The notes: a model not told the origin generated them from the sequence alone. Shown: positions 48,440-61,897, counted from the whole stretch's first letter. The stretch is 63,335 nt of DNA, filler included, from Octopus bimaculoides (GCF_001194135.2; 6 parts of 6 records of this genome joined end to end with filler, not necessarily neighbours in it); one strand, 5' to 3'. Translations and numbers: made by a program.

Positions 48440-48539
48440 NNNNNNNNNNNNNNNNNNNNNNNNNNNNNNNNNNNNNNNNNNNNTTAATTAATTAANNNNN
48501 NNNNNNNNNNNNNNNNNNNNNNNNNNNNNNNNNNNNNNN
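48440..48539. other. Artificial scaffold join
   Basis: 44 N + TTAATTAATTAA (48484-48495) + 44 N. Confidence 0.97.
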
Positions 48540-48615
48540 ATATACATACACCATACACGCATACATAGTACACACATACTGGTATTTATACATATATATA
48601 TATACATACATATAA

Positions 48616-48655
<40 letters not shown>

Positions 48656-49096
48656 GTGTGTGTGTTTATTTCATATGTTCCTATGTTTTCCTTACAGTAA
48701 GTTTGATACTGTAGTGTTTCCAAATCTGAAATAAGTTATTGTAGATATTCGAAGTCTTATTAAACATACACCAACAGAGATAAACTGTATTCTATGCATC
48801 AAATACAATCCAACTATTGAATAGATGAATGCATTATCAAAGACCTCGAAAAACAGAATACAGTGTAACTAAGTCCAAAAGTAAATGATAAATTCTCAGA
48901 AATAATATACAACTAAGGAAAATGCACTACACTTCAAATCCTCTTATCATATAAAAATCAAAAGCATGGAAACCCGCAAACAAGTTATTGTTGTCAATAT
49001 AATGAATAAATTCCACTGCAAACATGATAATTGTCAACGTCATAAAAGTATTATATTGCATTAAAATTCTGGCACTTATGGTACTTATGTTATTGG

Positions 49097-49230
49097 TACT
49101 TATGTTATTGATCGGGAAAGAATGAAAGGCAAAGTAGACCTCGATGGAATTTGAACTCAGAACGTAAAGAGGTACGAAATATCGCTCAGGATTTCGCCCA
49201 GCCTACTAACGATATTGCCAGCTCGCCGCC
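49097..49230 (-). mobile_element. SINE family B head/core, diverged
   Basis: GAATGAAAGGCAAAGTAGACCTCG...GAATTTGAACTCAGAACG...TGCCAGCTCGCCGCC is the reverse complement of the family B head. Confidence 0.8.
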
Positions 49231-50165
49231 TTGTGAATATATAATATTGTCGAAACAACTACGGAACTCGTTTACCAGCCCATCATGTCATTGCAATGCA
49301 CGAAAGCAGGCCACGGAAAATAGAGAACTATACGAACTGATTAGTATACAACATATTTATATTTTAGCAGAATGCTTAACAACAGCAAAAAAATAGATGA
49401 TCGATCATGAAATAAATGCCTATTGAACGGTAGAAGGCAATGTATAAATGTCATAAGTAAAAAGAAATATCAGATTGATAATATATAAATCCTACATTTA
49501 AAACTCAAATTCTGGCCCCTAACTACAGGGTCGATGTATTTGATAGAGTTATCAGTGCCAGAATTTTAAAGATTGCACCACTTGAACGTGATGATGAAAC
49601 TATATACAAGATGTTCGGGCGAAATTTCACGATTTTTTTGGTCTCTTTTTTTTCAGGAGTAGCTTGATATATTAACGAACAGACAACGGTGTCTTACAGC
49701 ATAAAGATCAAAATACTTGTGAAAAAGTTAGCTGCTATGGAGGGCGTATAAAAATGTGTTACCCATATCAATGTTTCGAGCTGGCTATCGCTGATGCCGA
49801 CATATGACTGCAGCTCAATCCGCTGTCAACACTGTAAAGGCTATAAAATATGACATGGACAGCTGTAGCGTAGACTACGAACACGTTAACAGCGAAAAGG
49901 ATGGTTTTGGGGCGTATCTCCAGTGAGAGTGACGTGATAGCCTACCACGTTCTTGTATAGGAGCTTAGGTTCAATTCAGACGTCTTGAGGGCGGTTACTA
50001 TGATTAAATTGCTATCTCCCAGCTATAAGCAGGTTGATATATTTGCATTTTTGAAACTACCTTTAGTTTTGGATAGTTTTGGATGAGATATTGAGATATT
50101 GAGATTTTGAGATATTGAGTTTGCTTTTCCCTTTATGCTTGCTGTGAAATTTAGCTCGATTATCT

Positions 50166-50225
<60 letters not shown>

Positions 50226-50226
50226 C

Positions 50227-50263
<37 letters not shown>

Positions 50264-50819
50264 AATCTATCTATATTTCTTTCTTGCCAGTGCATCNNNN
50301 NNNNNNNNNNNNNNNNNNNNNNNNNNNNNNNNNNNNNNNNNNNNNNNNNNNNNNNNNNNNNNNNNNNNNNNNNNNNNNNNNNNNNNNNNNNNNNNNNNNN
50401 NNNNNNNNNNNNNNNNNNNNNNNNNNNNNNNNNNNNNNNNNNNNNNNNNNNNNNNNNNNNNNNNNNNNNNNNNNNNNNNNNNNNNNNNNNNNNNNNNNNN
50501 NNNNNNNNNNNNNNNNNNNNNNNNNNNNNNNNNNNNNNNNNNNNNNNNNNNNNNNNNNNNNNNNNNNNNNNNNNNNNNNNNNNNNNNNNNNNNNNNNNNN
50601 NNNNNNNNNNNNNNNNNNNNNNNNNNNNNNNNNNNNNNNNNNNNNNNNNNNNNNNNNNNNNNNNNNNNNNNNNNNNNNNNNNNNNNNNNNNNNNNNNNNN
50701 NNNNNNNNNNNNNNNNNNNNNNNNNNNNNNNNNNNNNNNNNNNNNNNNNNNNNNNNNNNNNNNAGATTTAGATATGCATATATACCTCCATACATACATG
50801 AGTATGTGTGTGTGTGTGT

Positions 50820-51033
50820 GTGCATTTGTCGTTCACCCCCTATTGATAGCCGCTGCTGGTGTGTTTATGCCCTCGTAACCCTAGCGGTTCGGCAAAAATA
50901 TCGATAGAATAAGTTGCAGTACATATAAGTTGCAGTACATTAAAAATAGTACTGGGCTCGATTCATTTAACTAAAATCCTCCAAGGCGGTGATGTAGCAT
51001 GGCCACGGTCTACTGACTGAAAACAGGTGAAAA
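50820..51033 (+). mobile_element. SINE family A tail, diverged, with an internal 16-bp tandem duplication
   Basis: GCTGGTGTGTTTA...TAGCGGTTCGGCAAAAA...GATAGAATAAG...AAGGCGGTG...GCATGGCCACGG; ATAAGTTGCAGTACAT occurs twice. Confidence 0.78.
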
Positions 51034-51084
51034 ATCTAATATGTAGATAGATAGATAGAGAGAGAGAAAGAAAGAGAGCGAGCG

Positions 51085-51117
<33 letters not shown>

Positions 51118-52275
51118 TATAGATAGATAGATTGATAGATACATGTTTAACTATGGCTGTAAGATTCAAAATGTCAAATATACCTTAAGGTGTTGCGCAG
51201 CATTCGGTTTCAGTCGACACTCACACACATGCTACTTACATATTACACAAACGCTTATCAACCCAGTAACAGCATGTAATCTGACACTCTTGTTTACAGG
51301 TGCTGGTGCGCATGTCATAGGCATGTTTTCCTGTAAAACCTTACAATTTTTGGCTGTCATTTATGTGCAGTTCTTGTGTTTCTCTTGTGTTTATATAGCA
51401 AGTAACACGTTAAATAGAAACGCAAGGCAGAGATAAATCCTAGTTGAGTCGACTACCTCCCCTCTTTGTTCATATAAGCTACTTACTTCCCAAGACTATG
51501 AGTGAACTACAGCCAATAATTTCTCTAAAGTTAAACCTTACTTTTCGCAGCTGCTATGATTATGACCATAACTAAGTTAAGGCAGACGAAACTGCCCATT
51601 TTAATAAGCTCAATACAAAATAGATCATGAAGGAAATTGAACGCGGTATAAAAATAAAAAATAAAAAACGGAACAAATAACTCAACGTACTTTTCTTCGA
51701 CGCGACGCTCTAATGATTCTCATTAGTTTCTCTTCATAGAGACCTACAAATAAATCTTTCTACATTTGGCACTTATGTAGTACCTATTCTATCGATCTCG
51801 AAACGACGAGATATGAAATGAGAATGTAAAGTGCCGGAATAAAAGTCGCTCAGCATATTTTCCCGACGTTCTAACGAATCTGCCCGCTCATTGCCACTGA
51901 AATCTCCGACCTACAACTAACGGTTTTACTTTGGTTACTAATTTAGGGACAAGCAGGCAGTTTTTACAGGAGGTGGTTAACCGAAACATTCGATTCTAGT
52001 TCTTCATTTGTACTTTATTTTATGGACGGATAAAAGGCTATGTTGATCTCAACGAGAACTGAACAGAGAACTTAAAGACACAACAAATACCTGCAGAGCA
52101 CCTATTTCTTCTCTAGCTCTAACGATTCTGTTAATCCGGAGATCTTAGAGACAATACTAAAAATAATCTCTGTATATTAATAGCTGTTGTAAATGTGGGT
52201 GGTTTGGTTACTTGATTTATCCAGTCACGTTTTATAGCGTGTAAAGAGAGGGAATGAGAGAATAAGTGAGTGAGA

Positions 52276-52320
<45 letters not shown>

Positions 52321-53659
52321 AGTAAAGGTGAGGGTTGAAGGAGTGGTACAAACATGAAATTTGTTTTGTTCAATCTTATTTTAAGGTACTACATTTTTTC
52401 GAAAATTTGTATTCATTTCATCATTTTGATTATAATTACTGCATGTATAATCTATTTCCTCTTAATACCCATGGTGGTAAAAGTAGACCTCCAAAGTTAC
52501 CCGTCAGATGATAACACTAGTTACTATTTGCGATTTTAACCATCCAGTGTTGATAAGACGAAGTCCCCACCTAAGAGCTGGGAGTGCTATAAACAACTGA
52601 AGCTTACGGCCAGTATTTCAGATGTGATTTTATGTAAGAAATATCTTTTATTTCGGTACAGCCTTTATGGTCCGAGGTCACATTCCACTAAGATCGATAG
52701 AATAACGAGCGCTTAATATCCAGGAACAATATGAAGTTCTTTTTTCAAACGTTTGATCTTGTGGCTGTATAAGTAATCATTGTTATTCGAGGCAAAGAGG
52801 GCGGCGCTGAATCGGGTAAGGCAGAAGGCATTAGTACTTTCTGCGTAAACCAGCTGTAAATCTCGATAGAAGACGTGAAATGCTGAGAAACGCCGAGAAA
52901 ACTGACGAAGATATGTATCTGTGTGAATATATATATATGTGTGTGTCTATGTTCATATGTATGCATATATATATGGTTGGTTATTTATGAGTATTTCCAT
53001 ATATGTAAGTGTATATGAGTATATAATATGTATAACTAAACTACATGTAACATGAATATATATTATGAAATACATATATACATACACACACATTCATACA
53101 TACATACATGCATATATGCATAGGCACACACACACACTGACCCACACACTGACCCACACACATGCGCACAAACGAACAAAAATAACGCAGTGTAAATATC
53201 GGAAGGAGTCAAGACTACTGAAAAGGTTGCAAAACGCAACGAAAATTTTAGGAAAATAAAAATAAGGAATAAGTGGAAATTTTGCCGGTGAGTGTGTTAA
53301 ACTATATGGCACAAAAAGAAAATGACTTTCCTCAGACACAACATAATATGAAATCATTCTATATAAATATTTAAATATATGTATATATACATATGTATAT
53401 AGGCGTATATNNNNNNNNNNNNNNNNNNNNNNNNNNNNNNNNNNNNNNNNNNNNNNNNNNNNNNNNNNNNNNNNNNNNNNNNNNNNNNNNNNNNNNNNNN
53501 NNNNNNNNNNNNNNNNNNNNNNNNNNNNNNNNNNNNNNNNNNNNNNNNNNNNNNNNNNNNNNNNNNNNNNNNNNNNNNNNNNNNNNNNNNNNNNNNNNNN
53601 NNNNNNNNNNNNNNNNNNNNNNNNNNNNNNNNNNNNNNNNNNNNNNNNNNNNNNNNNNN

Positions 53660-53732
<73 letters not shown>

Positions 53733-53828
53733 AGGTATATATATACACATCTATATATATATATAGACTTATCAATAAATAAAGTGTATCAAATACATGA
53801 ATTACAAAAAATGTATATATATGTATGC

Positions 53829-54147
53829 ATATAAAAAGATCCGACTTACACAGATTAGAAATGATATAGAGAATTAAAAGGGGTGAAGGAAAAGTATTAC
53901 AAATCCAACAGCTGTTTCTGGGGGCTCGGTGGTCCATAATAATGTTGGTAGATTGATTCCCTCATAGCATGACACGAGGCTCCGTCTTCAGGAAAGAGAT
54001 CATATATTCGAGATATTGAATTGAAAAATGGAAGTACCAAGTATATTGTCGGAACCACTACGGAACTCATTTACCGGCCCACCATGTCGTATCAACCCTT
54101 TAATTCTCATATCATTTCTAATCTGTGTAAGTTGGGCCTCTTTATAT
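53829..54147. mobile_element. MITE-like element with about 57-bp terminal inverted repeats
   Basis: 53829-53886 versus the reverse complement of 54092-54147 share the core ACTTACACAGATTAGAAATGATAT exactly, with few mismatches or indels outside. Embedded in TA-rich flanks. Confidence 0.72.
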
Positions 54148-54470
54148 TTATATATATGAACATTTTTTGTATTCCATCTATTTAATACACTTAATATATT
54201 GATTTGTCAAATTCGCTTATCCCTATATTTACCGCTCTCTCTTTATATATATATACACGCCTACATAAGCACACACACATAGGTTCAAAGCAAAATGGAG
54301 ATGACTGAACTGAAATACTAATGGTAGCGTAAAATTTAATGTTTTATCGAAACTAAAAATCTTCACAAACTGCTTTTCAGAGTAGTCTTAAGTGACCGAC
54401 TATGAGAAACAAGTGAAGTTGTATATATGTGCATATTTTCGCAAGTACACACATATATATAAATATATAT

Positions 54471-54508
<38 letters not shown>

Positions 54509-54625
54509 GTTTAAAATTTTGGCACAAGACCAGTAGTTCCAAGGAGAGAGTAAGACGGTTGCATATTTATATGTATATATTCATGCACACACATATACAT
54601 ACATACATACATACATATATATATA

Positions 54626-54725
54626 NNNNNNNNNNNNNNNNNNNNNNNNNNNNNNNNNNNNNNNNNNNNTTAATTAATTAANNNNNNNNNNNNNNNNNNN
54701 NNNNNNNNNNNNNNNNNNNNNNNNN
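54626..54725. other. Artificial scaffold join
   Basis: 44 N + TTAATTAATTAA (54670-54681) + 44 N. Confidence 0.97.
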
Positions 54726-55665
54726 TATTTGCCACTTAAATGTGGCTGAACCCTAAGGGTGGATGTTACTGTTGCTTTTAGCCCCAGGAGAACATCTCCT
54801 CCAGCTGGCTATTGACACACATCTGTGTCCTGTCTGTATTTGCAAAGGGAAGTCATCCTTCCCATCTTGATCTGCGATACGTACGGATTCGAGTTTCTGG
54901 GTATTTACCCGTCTTCAGCGTACGACAATCGCCGACCTTCAATGCGAAAAATGTCCCGATGCAAATACATATATCTTTTTCCAGTGAAATTATTCACTGA
55001 TCTCGAAAAAGTGAAAACAAGCAATGTTAAATCTCTGAACGAGGTATTAACAGTAACTGCACGACAATTTCTAGTGAATGTTTTTGTTTTCCCAACCCGG
55101 TGTAATATGAACAGAATTTGCATTAAGATAAAAAAATATTATGATAGAAATTAATCATCTGCTAGATATTTGCATGTACCTCAGTTAATTAGTTTTATTA
55201 GATTAAGATAATTAAGAGAATGATGAAATACTATTTTAGAATTTCGTTTTCTATGATATTTAGAGGACTGCAGACTGCTACGGTATATTTTTAATTTATG
55301 GTATAGTCATGCGAAAAATTGTTTTTTAATATGACTATATCTTTTCGTTCAGCAAGATAAAAAATTAAGCTTAGCTCTAATAGTGTTGTCCAGAAAGCAT
55401 TGTTTCCTTTTCATCAGACATGTGAACAGAAATCATTTGGTAAGATCAGGCAGGCTGCGTGCCACTATTTTTCAAATTTGACTACGATTTATTGATTGTG
55501 TGTTGTATCCTTATTTACATCTAGCAATGTCAGAAATAGTAAAATTGCAACACTAAGACAATAAGATGTCAATTGCAAAAAGACTTCAATTGGAGAACAA
55601 GTACAAGGCCACTAACTTTTGATGATAAGTCGAAAATAATTTTAATGAACTGATATTTTAGTTTG

Positions 55666-56024
55666 GTAGAGGCCCAGTGGTTAGGGCAGCGGACTCGCGG
55701 TTTCGATTCCCAGACCAGGCGTTGTGAGTGTTTATTGAGCGAAAACACCTAAAGCTCCACGAGGCTCCGGCAGGGGATGGTGGCGAACCTTGCTGTACTC
55801 TTTCACCACAGCTTTCTCTTACTTCCTGTTTCTGTTGTGCCTGTAATTCAAAGGGTCAGCCTTGTCACAATGTGTCACGCTGAGTATCCTCGAGAACTAC
55901 GTTAAGGGTACACGTGTCTCTGGAGTGCTCAGTCACTTGCACGTTAATTTCACGAGCAGGTTGTTCCGTTGATCGGATCAACTGGAACATTCGACGTCGT
56001 AAGCGACGGAATGCCAACAACAAC
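55666..56024 (+). mobile_element. SINE family C, near full length, two small head deletions
   Basis: A box GGCCCAGTGG, B box GGTTTCGATTCC, tail GCCAACAACAAC. TSD ATTTTAG(T/C)TTG at 55655-55665 and 56025-56035. Confidence 0.9.
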
Positions 56025-57362
56025 ATTTTAGCTTGAAGGAAAGGAAACGAATAGTCATTACGTCTATCGAAAATTTTTCTCCGAATGGGGAAGAGAGGGC
56101 ACTCCCGAAATTTCAGTCAGCCTGAAATTAACTCTAAATACTGAAAAGTGATCTGAATTTGAACTCAGAGTGTAGAAAACCGGAAGAAATACTGCACTGC
56201 TCTAATAATTCTGCCGACGCCCTGCTCTCGGAGTAATTGCAATAATGCTTTTTAATTTCCGAGTAATCAAAACAATAAATGCTGCGGCAAATTTTTGCCG
56301 TATAATATCCTCTCTCCGTAACTTCAGCTCCTTGACAAAAAAAAAAGAACCCGATGAGGCAGCAGCAGCAGTAACAGCAACAACAGCAACAGCAGTAGTA
56401 GTGGTGGTGGTGGTGGTGGTGGTGGCGGCGGTAGCGGTTGTTTAAACCTGTTACTTCCTGGTCCCGTATTCAATGTTAAAGTGCTCTTATTCAGCAGAAT
56501 GCGTGGTTGTATTCTAAGTTTTCAGTTATGCAACTATTTACATTAGAAAGTCATGGAAATCACAACTTTCATTTTTTGTTTCTGACGAGTTGGTGTTGTT
56601 GTTGTTGTTGTGCTTCTGGTTAGCATTGATTGAACTGAACTATAAATACAGTCTTGTGTCCCTTGGCTACTGACGATAACGTCGGACAATTGCCGCGCTG
56701 ATGACGCTTATTAAGGCAGAAACATACATCCACGGCTGTCCACTTATCTCTTGACAATGAGCCTGTCTTTTTCATTAATGATTCTTGTGATTATCTCTTT
56801 TTCTTAAATGGAGCTAGTCTTAATTGCTCTTTCGTAATTATGACACATCCTAAAGAGGCAGAAATAATTTTGATATACCAAGCATTTATATTGTATAATA
56901 TATGATAAAGCCATATTTTTCTATGAATGCAGACCTACTTTATGACTACCTCGACTTTTATTTTTATTATGATTATTATTTTTCTCCAGAAACAGTGTAT
57001 ATACTGTCAGCTTATTAAATGCGCTCATCATTAAAAAAAAAAACGGTTGGATTACGTATGTCGAATGAACTTATAGATATTCTTCCAATGATTTGAAGCA
57101 CATTTGTTTAGTGAACCATTGTTCGCTTCTTCAGCAAGTTCGACAACGAATCATTCTTCGCTGATATGGCCAGAATAAAATCGAAACATGCCTGGAGTTG
57201 TCTAACATTATCGCCGAACTATTAGAATCGTTAACATAATTGTTTTTGATTACATTTTTATATCTCTAGCATTATGTATGTTAACTTAAGTAAACAAGTT
57301 TCTGACATTGAGGCCAGGTTACACATTCTAGGGGGACATCTAGTCGTTTATTATTTTTTTTT

Positions 57363-57708
57363 ATTTACAGGTTTTAGTTACTAGACTGCGGCCATGCTGG
57401 AGCACTGCCTTGAAGAATTTTAGTCGAATGAATCGACCCCAAATCTTGATATTCTTTAAGGTTGGTACTTATTTTATCGGTATCTTTTGCCGAACCACTA
57501 AGTTACGAGGTAAACACATTAACACTGGTTGTCAAGCGATGGCCACACACACACACGCCCCTCCCCCCCCATATATGATGGGCTTCTTTCAGTTTCCGTA
57601 TACCAAATCCACTCACAAGGCTTTGCTCGGTCCGAGGTTATAATAGAAGACACTTGCCCACGGTGCCATCAGTGGTACTGAACCCGAAACCACACAGCCA
57701 CGCCTGCG
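57363..57708 (-). mobile_element. SINE family A, near full length
   Basis: Tail, internal CA/C-rich tract, body and head all present in reverse complement; small head deletion. Confidence 0.85.
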
Positions 57709-58061
57709 TATGTATTAATTTCTAAAATCAAAACTTTAGCAAAAATAAGGCCTATATACGAAACAGAAGCTTAGACGATATATCGATCCAAAGTCTCTAT
57801 GGAAAGCCAAGACAGACTCGTAAACATCTTGCGTCCTTCCCAATAAATAAATATAAATCCGGCATACGCAATTTGTGTGTGATGCTTAATGTATATACAC
57901 TGTTGATAGGCTACTTACTGCAATATATATCAAGAGATAACATTTCTTATGGACTTGCTGTATTAAAAACAATAAATAACAGTGAGAGAGGGAGACAAAA
58001 ATTCGTCCATGCAGCGGCCAGCGAGAGCGCAGGGCAAATACAGCAGAAACTGGACTATGTT

Positions 58062-58296
58062 GGCGACGAGCTGGCAGAATCGTTAGCACGCCGGGTGAGA
58101 TGCTTAGCGGTATTTTGTCTGCCGTTACGTTCTGAGTTCAAATTCCGCCGAGGTCGACTTTGCCTTTCATCCTTTCGGAGTCGATAAATTAAGTACCAGT
58201 TACGCACTGGGGTCGATGTAATCGACTTAATCCCATTGTCTGTCCTTGTTTGTCCCCTCTATGTTTAGCCCCTTGTGGGCAATAAAGAAATAAGAA
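58062..58296 (+). mobile_element. SINE family B, full length
   Basis: Highly similar to 3823-4057. Flanked by AGAAACTGGACTATGTT at 58045-58061 and 58293-58309. Confidence 0.92.
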
Positions 58297-59080
58297 ACTG
58301 GACTATGTTGGCGACGAGCTGGCAGAATCGTTAGCACGCCGGGTGAGATGCTTAGNNNNNNNNNNNNNNNNNNNNNNNNNNNNNNNNNNNNNNNNNNNNN
58401 NNNNNNNNNNNNNNNNNNNNNNNNNNNNNNNNNNNNNNNNNNNNNNNNNNNNNNNNNNNNNNNNNNNNNNNNNNNNNNNNNNNNNNNNNNNNNNNNNNNN
58501 NNNNNNNNNNNNNNNNNNNNNNNNNNNNNNNNNNNNNNNNNNNNNNNNNNNNNNNNNNNNNNNNNNNNNNNNNNNNNNNNNNNNNNNNNNNNNNNNNNNN
58601 NNNNNNNNNNNNNNNNNNNNNNNNNNNNNNNNNNNNNNNNNNNNNNNNNNNNNNNNNNNNNNNNNNNNNNNNNNNNNNNNNNNNNNNNNNNNNNNNNNNN
58701 NNNNNNNNNNNNNNNNNNNNNNNNNNNNNNNNNNNNNNNNNNNNNNNNNNNNNNNNNNNNNNNNNNNNNNNNNNNNNNNNNNNNNNNNNNNNNNNNNNNN
58801 NNNNNNNNNNNNNNNNNNNNNNNNNNNNNGTGTTTAATTTGTTCACTGAACAGCGCCACGAATTCCCCATTGTTTTTCAAAAATACCCCCTAAATCACAA
58901 AATAAGAGGGGAAAAACTGCCCTATTTTTCAAATCCTGGCAGCACCAGTGTAACTGGAAGCAGGATAATAATCTAATTCTACACTTTATCACATTCAAGA
59001 ATATAAACACGTTTTTAAGCACAACACAGGCGAAGTCAAAAAGAAGCACAACCTTTCAAGAGAACTGCGTGAACGACAGT

Positions 59081-59112
<32 letters not shown>

Positions 59113-59419
59113 GCGTGAAGCTTTCTATCTGTGAGCATGCGCGCAACAGCCAAACACTGCGTCACTGGAACTGTGAAGCACACAGTTCTATACAAGTATT
59201 TTCGTATTTTTTTTCCTAAGCTAGGGGATGACTACTGACATTAAGCTTAAGGATTATATAATGAACATGTTTAAAGAAAGAATTAAAGAAAAAAAGGACT
59301 CATTATATTGAATGTTATCGATAATATCGAGTCGAAATAGGGGGTGCTGCAGCTCCGCAGTGCCTATACACGAACCGCCACTGTTCTGTTGTAATCTCAA
59401 TGTCCCATAACTTGCTATA

Positions 59420-59632
59420 TCTTTTATATTTCATTTATTTCAGCTCCTGGATTGAGACCATGCTGGGGCAGTACCTTGGTGGCCTAAGACGAACAAATTG
59501 ACCTCAGTATTTATTTCCAAGTCTGGCACATACAGTATCGCTCTACAATGTCGAACTGCTAAGCTAATAGGATGTAAACAAACCAACACATACCAACACC
59601 GGTTGTTAAGCGGCGGAGGTGATAAGCAACAC
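59420..59632 (-). mobile_element. SINE family A tail, diverged
   Basis: GACCATGCTGGGGCAGTACCTT...GAACTGCTAAGCTAATAGGATGTAAACA...CCAACACCGGTTGTTAAGCGG. Confidence 0.72.
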
Positions 59633-60169
59633 ACGCGCGGGCGGGTGGGTCTGCCCACCTAGCGATCGGAGTGGCATCATTTTAATACTGAAACAATTCG
59701 AAGAGCATTGTGACCATCGATGTATAACAACATCCGATGGCCTGGTCGATACCGTGGCTAGAAAACGAGTTTCTACACAACGAAATTTCAGGTTCAGTCC
59801 CTACAACTAACATAATCGTATTTATGATTATTACATGAAATTCCTGATGAGTGCTGCTTAATTTCAGTTTTAGGATATTTTCATTGTTGTCTGTTTAATC
59901 ATCAAACCAATCGTCCACTTGGTTTTGTGGAATGAATCGCGAGTGTGATCCACATTAGTGGACGGTTAACAAATATGAGACGCTGATGCTTAACACACAA
60001 CCATCCTAGATCATAAGCATCAAATCTGCTTGCCTTTGCGGGTCGGATTGATGCGTAAACTAGATCTCAAGAGTCGTGGCCGGGTGAGAAGAACCCTATT
60101 ATTATTCATAATGTAAGCCGAAATAAATGAATAAAGGAGTCAATATAAAGGAGCACGTGTGTATATCTA

Positions 60170-60378
60170 CAAGGACGTGCCGAAAAGTTCCTGGCTTTGA
60201 GTACAAAAATACAGGAGGATCAGTTAATTATGATTTCTATCGAACATATTCCCCTTCTCAGATTCACGCACTTATTACAGCAGTCCTTCAGTTTTTCCAA
60301 GCCTTGTAAAAGAACTCAGGAGTTTGGGCCTCCAACCTGGCCTTTCACGACACCCTTAAATCCAGGAACGTTTCTGCA
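60170..60378 (+). mobile_element. Mariner-derived MITE, older copy, right end damaged
   Basis: Aligns over its length to 60558-60773; starts after TA (60168-60169). Confidence 0.75.
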
Positions 60379-60557
60379 ACAAGGTGCAATGCAGTGGGAC
60401 TGATACCGGAATCATATGATGCATACATACATACATACATCAAAGACTATTTTCCATTCTTTCCGAGCCTTAAACTGCTGGTTGTTCCTTCATCTGTCTT
60501 CATCTTTTGTTTTCTGTAAATTTGAACTCTGTGTGTGTGTGTGTGTGTGTGTGTATA

Positions 60558-60773
60558 CGAGGGGGCGCTGAAAGGTTCCTAGCTTTGAGTAAAAGAAAAT
60601 ACAGGAGGATCAGTTAACTATGATTTTATTCAACATATCCTCTCAGATTCACACACTTATTGCACCAGTCCTTCAGTTTTTTTCTGAGCGTTGTAAAAGA
60701 ACTCGGAAATTTGGGCTTCCAACCTGACCTTTCACGATACTCTTAAAGCCAGGTACTTTTCAGCACCCGCTCG
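60558..60773 (+). mobile_element. Mariner-derived MITE, 216 bp, TA TSD
   Basis: 29-bp TIRs CGAGGGGGCGCTGAAAGGTTCCTAGCTTT / AAAGCCAGGTACTTTTCAGCACCCGCTCG (24/29). TA at 60556-60557 and 60774-60775. Confidence 0.85.
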
Positions 60774-61287
60774 TACATATGTATGTATATATGAGTGTGT
60801 GTATGTGTGTGTAAGACCTGAAGAGAAAATAAACCGGACATTCACAGTGACATTTGTAATGTTATGTAATATATATGTGACCTGATTCTTGAAACAACTG
60901 CAGTACTCAACGACCTGTTCAATCCTACTTTTTTTTTATTTTTTTTTTTTACAGTTTTGCTTATCGCATTACAAACTACCTTTGTTGTTTTCAAAATAGG
61001 AGTTGTATAGTATCTGTCATTTTACTGGAAATTTCTGCTTAATCTCGATATCAGACGAACTGTATTTAATGCATTGATTAATAAATTAGTAAATTTATTG
61101 ATCAATTATCGAGTCTTCTGTGTTCTCTGTATAAGTCTGTTTGTTAGAGACTAACAAACTACGTTTTACCACGGTCAGTCGACCGATCTCTTTTACATTA
61201 TTCTCTGTGTGGTGGTGGTGGTGGTGATGGGTCTTGTGTGTGTGCGTTAATATTTCGCTTAGGCATAGTGATATTAATTACCTGGTG

Positions 61288-61897
61288 AAGACGGCGAGCT
61301 AACAGAATCCCTAGCACGCCGGACGAAATGCTTGGCGGCATTTCAACAATCTTTACGATCTGAGTTCAAATTCTGCCGGGGTCGACTTTGCAATTCATCC
61401 CATAGGAGTCGATAAAATAATTACCTGTGAAGTTGTTGTTGTTGGCACTCCGTCGCTTACGACGTCGAGGGTTCTAGTTGATCCGATCAACGGAACAGCC
61501 TGCTCGTGAAATTAACGTGCAAGTGGCTGAGCAATCCACAGACACGTGTACCCTAAACGTAGTTCTCGGGGATATTCAGCGTGACACAGTGTGACAAGGC
61601 TGACCCCTTGAATTACAGGCACAACAGAAACTGGAAGTTAGAGTGAGGGAAAGTTGTGGTGGAAGAGTACAGCAGGGTTCGCCTCCATCTCCTGCCGGAG
61701 CCTCGTGGAGCTTTAGGTGTTTTCACTCAATAAACACTCACAACGCCCGGTCTGGGAATCGAAACCGCGATCCTATGACCGCGAGTCCGCTGCCCTAACC
61801 ACTGGGCCATTGCGCCTCCACACCTGTGAAGTACCTGTCGATGTAATCAACTAGTCCCCTCCTCTGAAAGTTCAGACCTTGTGCCTATAGCAGAAAA
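61288..61897 (+). mobile_element. SINE family B variant (alternative tail), interrupted by SINE-C
   Basis: B head/core 61290-61433, resumes at 61822. 18-bp TSD GATATTAA(T/A)TACCTGGTG-like at 61270-61287 and 61898-61915 (1 mismatch). Confidence 0.82.
61434..61821 (-). mobile_element. SINE family C, full length, nested
   Basis: Exact 11-bp TSD ACCTGTGAAGT at 61423-61433 and 61822-61832. Confidence 0.92.

Noticed and set aside
34513-48495. Dozens of long RSFV/RTYV-rich ORFs (up to 449 aa)
   Set aside because: Tetramers TACG/TTCG/AACG lack stop codons in most frames, so ORFs arise on both strands and all frames. No start context, domain or codon structure, and many run through Ns.
61745-61821. 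tRNA gene (Arg-like head with A and B boxes); likewise other SINE heads
   Set aside because: No clean cloverleaf or acceptor stem. It continues into a 300-bp repeat body with tail and TSD, so it is a SINE head.
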